Shown here piece after piece: positions 14,624-21,976 of a stretch of DNA of 32,000 nucleotides. The position numbers and the translations under genes were made by a program. Under the pieces are notes generated by a model, which was not told the origin of the DNA, did not search any database, and was given only the letters and a program-made list of their open reading frames with translations. Source of the DNA: an uncultured bacterium (GTDB taxonomy: Bacteria; Oederibacteriota; Oederibacteriia; Oederibacteriales; Oederibacteriaceae); the NCBI GenBank assembly GCA_965112635.1, contig OZ218778.1, positions 730,258 through 762,257 of the forward strand. Direction: 5' to 3'. The first letter of the stretch is position 1. The number at the start of each line of letters is the position of its first letter.

Positions 14624-15412
14624 CTATTCCCTATCCTTCCTAACCTGCATAACATAGTGAATATTGAACTTTTTGAAAACATCGGTTTTCTCAATTCCAT
14701 CCGTTGTCCAGGTGTCCGGTAAAAAATTTGTTACGCCAAGTTTTGAGATTAAATATTCTCTTATTTTATTTTTGTAAAGCGACCCCTTCTTTTTTCCTTC
14801 CATAGGTTCTATTGGAAACAGATTATTTAAAATACAGCCCTGAAGCAAATCACAAACCCCCATTAATTCATACCCTTCAGCGCCAGATACAACATCTTGA
14901 ATATGGCGAATCTTAGGAAGTTTTGAATCCAGCGAGTAACCGGCCTCTATAGTGCTGAAATTACGCTTCAATACCTCCATAAAGGTTATCGGTTCACAGC
15001 GTGTCATTTTATCCAAAAAAAGGATCGCATTCGACATATGATCAAGATTTCTTTTAAGCAGTTCATCGGCCAGTGACCGATAGGCTCGTTCTCGTTTTAT
15101 CTTCGCTGGTTCATCTGGACGACCGTATATCTCCAGATCAAAGCTATTGTCTGTTTTTATAGCAATGCAACTAAAATGACTGTCGCTCAGCATGAAAGCA
15201 TCGATCGCTTCCTTATAAACCCTGAACGCTTTGGAATAATTACAGCGAGTATATTTAATTTCCTTGAAACTGCCATCAGGTAGAACATATGCATTGCGGG
15301 CCAATACTCCCTTTATTTGTTTGTGAAATTTATGATGCGTGGGATTAAACAAAGCCCCAAGAAGGAGCCACGTATGATTATGATCGTATGTTTCGTCTAA
15401 ATATATAATCAT
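14624..15412 (-). CDS. DUF3800-like protein
   Basis: A 262-aa ORF. The N-terminal MIIYLDETYD resembles the DUF3800 hallmark (hydrophobic-YxDES/T at the extreme N-terminus). The gene is AT-rich like the upstream operon. Confidence 0.75.
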   Translation of the reverse strand: MIIYLDETYDHNHTWLLLGALFNPTHHKFHKQIKGVLARNAYVLPDGSFKEIKYTRCNYSKAFRVYKEAIDAFMLSDSHFSCIAIKTDNSFDLEIYGRPDEPAKIKRERAYRSLADELLKRNLDHMSNAILFLDKMTRCEPITFMEVLKRNFSTIEAGYSLDSKLPKIRHIQDVVSGAEGYELMGVCDLLQGCILNNLFPIEPMEGKKKGSLYKNKIREYLISKLGVTNFLPDTWTTDGIEKTDVFKKFNIHYVMQVRKDRE

Positions 15413-15540
15413 TATTTATTTTTTCTCCTCTATTTATTTCTTTTTTCACCTTCATCCTGAGCCGGTTCATCCTTCTCCCCAAACGCGGGAGAGGGTGGAT
15501 TGGATTTTTTATTGAATAGTAATAACCATAACTTATTAGT

Positions 15541-17517
15541 TTATATTATTGCAAAACCAACATCTTTTAAATATTCAAAAGTCGGATCATAATAGTCTCG
15601 CTTACGCGTTTTATCCTCTGTGTCTCCCTGCGGTACTACCATCACCATACCTTGCCGAGCACGGGTTAACAAAACACGATATGCATTTTTCAAATAGTTT
15701 TGCCTTTCTTTCTTTTTAATATGATTCCAGCTCTCACCGCAAAAGGACCAATGCTCCCAACCTTTTTTTGAATATCTAAAATCAGCATCCCAGGCTACAC
15801 ATGACCAATCAAGCTCAAGCCCCTGGACTGCGAATTCAGTCGCAACATCTTCTAAATAATATGACGAGCGCACATCCTCCTTGCCATCAAGAAACCAATG
15901 AATCGGATCCATAGGAGTTTTCACATCTAGAGCATGAGGTTTTAACCGCTCAGCTTGAGAAGAAACCACAATGCCATATCGTTCTGAACCGCGGGCTTGG
16001 CTTCTTAACCATTTCTTTGCTTTAGTAAGATCCCGAGTAAGGACTATCGGATATTTTTCTTTTACATTGGCCAATGTTTTTCGTGCTTCATCAACATTAA
16101 GGTCTAATAGTTGCTTCACAAATAGCGAAACATTCTCCGCACGGAACGAACGCATAGAGACACCTAGATGTAATTCATTTTTGTAGGTAACATTTTCTCT
16201 AAGTTCAATTTTTTTCAAAACCTCACCAGCACCATATTCGCTATCTGTGAGCCGCGAGGAAATATAAATATCCCAATTGGGATATAAATGATTTAATGAT
16301 TCTATCCATTCGCTAATCCCAGCCTCGCCGGTGTTTATTTCCTGCCCTCCCCCCACAAGGCAAACAACAACGGCCCAATCCGTATGGCGATCTAAACAAG
16401 AAATTAAAAAATCCGGTTCCGATCGATTAAAATTAGCTACATGCTTTCTGCGGGTCATAAAATTGGTGGTTTGTTCCCTATTCCAAGCTCGTTGGGCCTC
16501 ATCAAACAATGCAACGTGTTCAATTGGTGGTTTTTTTGAATCAATCAGACATTCATCACGAAAATTATGAACATTCTGGATAAACATCTTAACCCCAGAC
16601 ATAACTTCGCCTTTTTTTACTTTGATCCCTTGCTCTTTCTCATGACGCACTTTATCTCTTGCAAGGGCCTCGCGTAGCACAGCAACAAGAGGCCCATTGC
16701 CAGATAAAAATACACTGTAAAGGTCATTCGATTTATCTATGTGCTGAGTAGCAATATTTAGACCAACCAAAGTTTTACCCGCACCAGGCACACCAGTGAC
16801 GAAACAGATAGATTTGCGCGAATTTTGTTTAGATAAACTAATGATTTTTGAAATAGCATCAGAGGTTTGACTCAGATTGATAGCGCTGGCATCCCTTCGA
16901 GAAATATCATGTACTGAATGGCCGTTATAAAGGGCCATAGCTGCCTCAATAATAGTCGGGGTGGGACAATAGCGTCCTTGTTCCCACTGACTTTGATTAA
17001 TGGCAATACCTTCTGTAAAGAGCAATACATTCTTTATCACTTGGCCAAGCAATGCCACAGTGCTTCTAATAGGAAAAAGAAGTTTGTCATTCTGCGGTGT
17101 CATTGCCACAACAGGAACGGCATGGTGAGCATTGGTAGCTACAAGGACTGGAGCAACAAATTGCTCATGACTCGATTCGTGGAAGTTTTTAAGGTCCAGA
17201 GCATAGTCACAGACCTGATCTAAAGCACCAGAATTAAATTCCTTTTCACCAATTTTAAATTCAAGCACAAAAATCGTAGAGCCTATTAGCAGCACCACAT
17301 CAATTCGCTTGCCCATACGAGGTATTGAATATTCAAAATAAATCGATCCCTGATTACCAATAAGGGCGTTTTGCAGAATATTGATTTCTTCTAACCATGC
17401 ATCACGTTGGCTTTGGACCAAATCAAAATCATTATTGCGTGCAAGTTGACCTAGAATTTCATCAGGATTTGTTTTAAGGAAAATAGCTATTGAACTAGAA
17501 TAATATTCTCGTTTCAT
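15541..17517 (-). CDS. DUF2075-type protein: N-terminal PD-(D/E)xK-like nuclease motif plus an SF1-like P-loop ATPase
   Basis: A 658-aa ORF. The nuclease-like motif is [30 protein letters not shown] (E...D...ExK). Walker A is [14 protein letters not shown] and Walker B is [12 protein letters not shown]. The C-terminal [16 protein letters not shown] is typical of DUF2075. Confidence 0.88.
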   Translation of the reverse strand: MKREYYSSSIAIFLKTNPDEILGQLARNNDFDLVQSQRDAWLEEINILQNALIGNQGSIYFEYSIPRMGKRIDVVLLIGSTIFVLEFKIGEKEFNSGALDQVCDYALDLKNFHESSHEQFVAPVLVATNAHHAVPVVAMTPQNDKLLFPIRSTVALLGQVIKNVLLFTEGIAINQSQWEQGRYCPTPTIIEAAMALYNGHSVHDISRRDASAINLSQTSDAISKIISLSKQNSRKSICFVTGVPGAGKTLVGLNIATQHIDKSNDLYSVFLSGNGPLVAVLREALARDKVRHEKEQGIKVKKGEVMSGVKMFIQNVHNFRDECLIDSKKPPIEHVALFDEAQRAWNREQTTNFMTRRKHVANFNRSEPDFLISCLDRHTDWAVVVCLVGGGQEINTGEAGISEWIESLNHLYPNWDIYISSRLTDSEYGAGEVLKKIELRENVTYKNELHLGVSMRSFRAENVSLFVKQLLDLNVDEARKTLANVKEKYPIVLTRDLTKAKKWLRSQARGSERYGIVVSSQAERLKPHALDVKTPMDPIHWFLDGKEDVRSSYYLEDVATEFAVQGLELDWSCVAWDADFRYSKKGWEHWSFCGESWNHIKKKERQNYLKNAYRVLLTRARQGMVMVVPQGDTEDKTRKRDYYDPTFEYLKDVGFAII

Positions 17518-17545
17518 AGATTCCTTTTTATATCATCGTCAGGGT

Positions 17546-18502
17546 TTACCTTTTAAATCTTTCACTTGAATGCCATTCCAAAAGCTCTTTGTTTGGGCGG
17601 TAATTTTCTTGAACTGGAAGTCTAATCTTCTTGTGATCATAGGAAAAATAATACTCCCCGTTATGAAACTCTTCTCTAAGTTTATTACTAACTCTAATCT
17701 CGTAATCCGGAGTGACTGTGACATATCCCTGGTCAAAGAGAGAATGAAAATCCGAACGTAGACAGAGTCCATTATCAAGCCTATGATCTCCCTCTCTAGC
17801 AACTGGTCGGATATGGGCTGCTTCCAGGACAGGTACTACCTTTTCTGCTGTCATGGCGCATTTTCTATCATATAAATCTAAGATCATGACTCTGAAGGTT
17901 CCTTGTCCCAATCGCATTTTTACTAATCGGGGATCGCCATAAATTTTACCTGTAATCTCATGTATTTCTGGTTGTTTAATATCTATCGTCTCTGCTGCTA
18001 TGAGTTGTTTTTTATTATTAAGAGAACCTTTTATTCTCATCCAAATCTCCCGCATCGGAGAACTCTCTGAATCATACGTCTTGCCCTGTACAATATTTAA
18101 AGAAAAATCCTTAGGAACCGGAATCCAGTCTTTTTGTTCGAGATAAAATAGATCTCCTAAAATAATACATCCTATTGAGTAATCCTCCCTAGGATTTTCA
18201 TTAACTCTGCGGTATTTAGCTAATCGGTGTCTCATATCTTCTAGAGTAGCTACTCCGTTTTTTTCCTCAAATGCATTCCAGGCGATACTGATTGGTAACA
18301 ATGAGGAATGACGAAAAAAACCTCCCCCTACGATAAAATTATTAGGGGCATGAAGTTTAAAAAGAAAGGGTTCCCCAACTTGGAGAGTATGAAATTGCCT
18401 GTTTCCACCCGGTTGCCAAAAATTTACCTCGTCAATGTCTTGGCGTTGGCTAAGAAAATCAAACCAATCTTTATCAGTGATCCCAACATAAATATTCAAC
18501 AT
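17546..18502 (-). CDS. HNH endonuclease (HNH_2 type) with an N-terminal PUA/EVE-like domain; type IV restriction-like
   Basis: A 318-aa ORF. The C-terminal RLGQGTFRVMILDLYDRKCAMTAEKVVPVLEAAHIRPVAREGDHRLDNGLCLRSDFHSLFDQGYVTV is the HNH_2 signature. The N-terminal portion (WFDFLS...VNFWQPGG...GEPFLFKLHAPNNFIVGGGFF) is the conserved partner domain of this family. Confidence 0.9.
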   Translation of the reverse strand: MLNIYVGITDKDWFDFLSQRQDIDEVNFWQPGGNRQFHTLQVGEPFLFKLHAPNNFIVGGGFFRHSSLLPISIAWNAFEEKNGVATLEDMRHRLAKYRRVNENPREDYSIGCIILGDLFYLEQKDWIPVPKDFSLNIVQGKTYDSESSPMREIWMRIKGSLNNKKQLIAAETIDIKQPEIHEITGKIYGDPRLVKMRLGQGTFRVMILDLYDRKCAMTAEKVVPVLEAAHIRPVAREGDHRLDNGLCLRSDFHSLFDQGYVTVTPDYEIRVSNKLREEFHNGEYYFSYDHKKIRLPVQENYRPNKELLEWHSSERFKR

Positions 18503-18532
18503 CCACTCCCATATTTATCAACTTAAAACTAG

Positions 18533-20914
18533 CTATAAAATTGCAATGAATTCGCCCAGAATCTGGATGTCGTTTTCATTCTCGGGTTTGAGTTTTATAG
18601 GTTGATACTGCACATTTAATGGTAAAAGTGTTATTTCTTCGTGCTTCCAAGTCTCATCACTGCTGACAGTCTTTTTCGATGAATATAATTTAACTGTATA
18701 TGACCCGCCTGTGTCAGGGTCTGCCGGGCCGCGATACTGGGCTAAAACTATTTTACCCTGCCGCGAACCCTCTGGGTTGGCTCTGAAAACGCAATAGTCC
18801 CCATCCTTTATCTTCGGCTCCATGGACCTGCCTACCACCTGCGCCACGAACATTCTTTCATTCAACCTCCCCAAGCCCTTTGCCTCTACCCAGCCCTCAG
18901 GCTCGACTGCTTCGCCTTTCCCAAAATATCCGGCAGCCGCCTTAAGGGAATAAACAGGAAGTAAGGTTTTGAAAGCCTCATTCCCCGCTGTTTTCCTGAA
19001 TAAGGGAACAACCTTTTCCTGGACCTGCGCCTGGGATATTTCCATCCGGGACCTGAAGAAATTCTCTGTTTCTTTGTTAGTAAAATACACATAGCAACCC
19101 CGCATAGCTCGTGAAAGCAGGGTTCGATAAATATTCCTGACATAGGTTTCAAAACTTTCTTTTTTCATCTTCAATGTTCGGTCTTCAGTGGCCGAGATAT
19201 CCGCTTTTAAACTGTCCGATGGGGCATCGTAAACCAGGTCATTGCCGATAATTACCCCTATATAATCGAACTCAAATCCCTGGGCCGTATAGATGCATCC
19301 GACCTGCTTAAACCCTTCGGGCTTATACGCCCACTCATACCAGCGCACATATCCCTCTGGGGGCCTGGTGATGTCACCATGTGTTTCCCAGGGCATAGCA
19401 AAATTGCCTATCCTGACATCGTTTACCAGTTGGCCGTTCCCATCCAATTTCTTACTCCAAGGCCAACAATAACCGGCTACGATCCTGGCAGAATTCGGTT
19501 TTTCTTCTTCCCTCTTTTGCAACTCCTTATACATTTCCTGTGGAGTATCAAATATCCTGAATTCAAATTTGTCATCTTTCCTTAATAATCTTTTCTCGGA
19601 CTGGTAACCCAGAACAGATTCCAACCAAAGCAGATAATCATTTGAACCCATGCAACGGAACTGTGTCACTAATTCAACCGTATCAATAGAACACCCCTGT
19701 TTTTCGGCGGTTTCCCTGATCAATTCAGACCCGCCTATTTCCTGGGACCGGACATTTTGCTTATCATCTATAAAAAACACGACGGTTTTGGCGCAACGAA
19801 TGAGTTGGTCTATCTGGGGCATATCGGTCCTGTCCTCGGCCTTAGTGAATTGGAAGTTACTTTTATTGCCTATGCGGTGGGCTTCGTCGATCAATAACAG
19901 ATCCAGCTCGTTCGACTTTATTTTGGAAGGGACAAACCGGTATAAATTAGAAAAAAGGATTTCGCTTTCCGGTCCAACAAGGTTTTTTATGCCCTCAATG
20001 AAAGGTTTTGACTTACAGCCATAAAATACTTTGTATTTGGAATGAGCTGCCTCAGCCAGTAAATTGATAGCGATAAGAGATTTTCCTGTCCCCGGGCCCC
20101 CATGAACAATGATGACCGATTTTGTTTTAGTTTTTTTCGACCGTCTTATTTTGGAAAGAATAAGATTTTTCGCTACCAATTGCTCATTTAAAAGGGAGAA
20201 AACAGCCTTGTTTTGTATAACTGCGCTGACATGGTCCAGTAATTTTTGAGAGGGCTGGATTGGGCTTTGCATAAACCTGTTGAATATTTCAAAACCATTA
20301 CCGGATGCCAGCAAATTCTTTATCTTATCAGCCAGTAATTGGGCATCGTCTTTTGAATAAAGGGGATGGTTTTCGATAATTTTTTTAAATTTGGGGGCGA
20401 ATAAACCCTCCCCCTCCTGTTTTTTATAATTATGGCAATAAGAACAGCTGAAAAGTATAAGGGGAGGTTGCTTTTCGAACTCGCTGACAAAATATTTTAA
20501 AAAATTATGGTAGCCCTCGACCTGTTGGGATGGATGGGCCACTACTTTGCTGCTGCCGCCTGTATAGGTCTCGACAAAATTGCCCTCATCATTTAATGGC
20601 TCAACAGATTGCCATTGTTTCAATTCAATCAGGACAATATTTTCCTGCCTATCAAGACCTTTCCCGAACAACAGGCAATCAATGCGGTTCTGGTTATAGG
20701 GAACCTCATACTCAATGGCTATCTGATTATCTTTTAAACCAGCCAACTCGATCAGGTCACGGACCCTGGGTAGTGAATTTTGCCAGGAATTGACCTCCGC
20801 GAATCCAGGCTGCCTGCCGATCCTCTCCTTAAAAGTTCCGATCATGATGTCTGTAAGATGGTTTTCCCTGACATCCTGGATAAACTTTTCGGTCGTATTC
20901 TGATAGATCAGCAT
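18533..20914 (-). CDS. DUF2075-type nuclease/ATPase fused to a C-terminal LexA-like S24 peptidase domain
   Basis: A 793-aa ORF. The N-terminal nuclease-like motif is IEYEVPYNQNRIDCLLFG...IVLIELKQW. Walker A is VIIVHGGPGTGKSLIA and Walker B is LLLIDEAHRI. DUF2075-type motifs are AGYCWPWS, CIYTAQGFEFDYIGVIIGNDL and YRTLLSRAMRGCYVYF. The C-terminus has LKAAAGYFG (an Ala-Gly bond) followed by VVGRSMEPKIKDGDYCVF...GKIVLAQ...YTVKLY (S24 Ser/Lys dyad). Confidence 0.9.
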   Translation of the reverse strand: MLIYQNTTEKFIQDVRENHLTDIMIGTFKERIGRQPGFAEVNSWQNSLPRVRDLIELAGLKDNQIAIEYEVPYNQNRIDCLLFGKGLDRQENIVLIELKQWQSVEPLNDEGNFVETYTGGSSKVVAHPSQQVEGYHNFLKYFVSEFEKQPPLILFSCSYCHNYKKQEGEGLFAPKFKKIIENHPLYSKDDAQLLADKIKNLLASGNGFEIFNRFMQSPIQPSQKLLDHVSAVIQNKAVFSLLNEQLVAKNLILSKIRRSKKTKTKSVIIVHGGPGTGKSLIAINLLAEAAHSKYKVFYGCKSKPFIEGIKNLVGPESEILFSNLYRFVPSKIKSNELDLLLIDEAHRIGNKSNFQFTKAEDRTDMPQIDQLIRCAKTVVFFIDDKQNVRSQEIGGSELIRETAEKQGCSIDTVELVTQFRCMGSNDYLLWLESVLGYQSEKRLLRKDDKFEFRIFDTPQEMYKELQKREEEKPNSARIVAGYCWPWSKKLDGNGQLVNDVRIGNFAMPWETHGDITRPPEGYVRWYEWAYKPEGFKQVGCIYTAQGFEFDYIGVIIGNDLVYDAPSDSLKADISATEDRTLKMKKESFETYVRNIYRTLLSRAMRGCYVYFTNKETENFFRSRMEISQAQVQEKVVPLFRKTAGNEAFKTLLPVYSLKAAAGYFGKGEAVEPEGWVEAKGLGRLNERMFVAQVVGRSMEPKIKDGDYCVFRANPEGSRQGKIVLAQYRGPADPDTGGSYTVKLYSSKKTVSSDETWKHEEITLLPLNVQYQPIKLKPENENDIQILGEFIAIL

Positions 20915-20923
20915 TAAAGGCCC

Positions 20924-21286
20924 CTAAAGATCGGTATATTTTTTAGCGCTACCTTTGGCGAGTTTGACCGGATACTTGCGGGCGTTTTTCTTGATCTTGT
21001 CATGGGCACAGCGGATGGGGTCAACGCCCAGCATATCGCAAAGTTCCGTGAGATAGACCAATACATCGCCTATCTCATCTTTGACTTTTTTGAGGTCGGC
21101 TTTAGAAAGGTTTTTGCTTTGGTTCTCGGTCAGCCATTGAAAATGCTCCATAAGTTCTGAGGTCTCTACTGCAAGCGCCATAGAAAGGTTTTTAGGTGAA
21201 TGGTACTGTTCCCAATCACGGTCTTTTACAAATTTCTTTAATTTTCTGGAAATTTTTCTTAACCCACCTTGATTTCCCATTTTCAA
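20924..21286 (-). CDS. MazG-like nucleoside triphosphate pyrophosphohydrolase (DCTPP1/YpjD-like all-alpha NTP-PPase)
   Basis: A ~118-120-aa ORF. It has DWEQYHSPKNLSMALAVETSELMEHFQW (an ExxExxE metal site), DEIGDVLVYLTELCDMLGVD (ExxD), and KIKKNARKYP. The track start at 21286 is TTG, directly abutting the upstream stop. An ATG at 21280 with GGAG 9 nt upstream is an alternative. Confidence 0.88.
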   Translation of the reverse strand: MKMGNQGGLRKISRKLKKFVKDRDWEQYHSPKNLSMALAVETSELMEHFQWLTENQSKNLSKADLKKVKDEIGDVLVYLTELCDMLGVDPIRCAHDKIKKNARKYPVKLAKGSAKKYTDL

Positions 21287-21874
21287 CTACTCCACCCTAA
21301 ATATTTTAAGAAAATGTGACCTTGGTAACTCTGACTCATAGGACAGCCCGATATTGCACTTATCAAAATAACCGTCGCCCTCAGTCCATATTTTAAATGT
21401 CTTGGGATATTTACTCAGATATTTCTTTGTTATACGAAGACCTCTGCCACCAACCTTTAGTCTAAATAGATCATGTCTATTTTTTGGATTATTAAAATAA
21501 TTTCTCATATATGCATCTGTAAGATAAATGAGAAATTTATTTTCAGCTGTAAAATTTAGCAATTTTGAAATATCCCAAAATATTTGGCCCGCACCTTCGG
21601 TATAACCCGAATCTCCACCCCTGTGATATTTGAATTCAATAGCTACATTGTTATTTTTGTCATTCGAACATGCGTAAAAGTCCAGTTTATCTTTTTTGAA
21701 CAATTTATTTTTGAATGGATGTTCTAGGATAATATTCTCAGGTTTGTATTTTTCTTTTTTGGTAAGCGCGTAAAAAAAAGTGTAACGAATTGAATCTTCC
21801 GAATCATTAAAATCCCTGTCTTTCTCCAACCTTTTCTTAATTAATTCTGTAAAGTAACTAAATACTGGGAGCAT
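21287..21874 (-). CDS. Hypothetical protein with a PD-(D/E)xK-like nuclease motif
   Basis: A 195-aa ORF with SD AGGAGG 5 nt before the ATG. ...ILEHPFKNKLFKKDKLDFYACSNDKNNNVAIEFKYH... gives an E...D...ExK arrangement in a beta-strand context. No family was recognised. Confidence 0.7.
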   Translation of the reverse strand: MLPVFSYFTELIKKRLEKDRDFNDSEDSIRYTFFYALTKKEKYKPENIILEHPFKNKLFKKDKLDFYACSNDKNNNVAIEFKYHRGGDSGYTEGAGQIFWDISKLLNFTAENKFLIYLTDAYMRNYFNNPKNRHDLFRLKVGGRGLRITKKYLSKYPKTFKIWTEGDGYFDKCNIGLSYESELPRSHFLKIFRVE

Positions 21875-21914
21875 TACTTCCTCCTAAACAAACTCGTTTG
21901 ATAGCAATAATTTG

Positions 21915-21943
21915 ATTCTATCCCCCCCATCCCCTCTAATCAA
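21915..21943 (-). promoter_or_regulatory. Candidate sigma70-type promoter of the AT-rich operon
   Basis: The minus strand has -35 TTGATT (21938-21943), a 17-bp spacer and -10 TAGAAT (21915-21920), about 40 nt upstream of the ATG at 21874. Confidence 0.5.
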
Positions 21944-21976
21944 ACCTTTCACGGCTCTTTCATTCCAACTGGTTCC

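Noticed and set aside
15455-15510. A hairpin (CCTTCTCCCC..GGGAGAGGG) as the terminator of the DUF2075 gene
   Set aside because: The T-run follows the hairpin on the plus strand only. On the transcribed minus strand it is preceded by an A-run and not followed by U's, so it does not fit a canonical terminator for the operon. It is kept only as a note under the DUF3800 finding.
17539-17802. An 87-aa minus-strand ORF
   Set aside because: It is an alternative frame inside the HNH gene's 3' end. The HNH frame carries the family motifs.
14463-21976. A classical restriction-modification, BREX/DISARM-like or prophage interpretation of the AT-rich island
   Set aside because: No DNA methyltransferase, PglX/PglZ or DrmA-type motifs were seen. 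There are no phage structural genes, integrase or transposase genes anywhere in the island.
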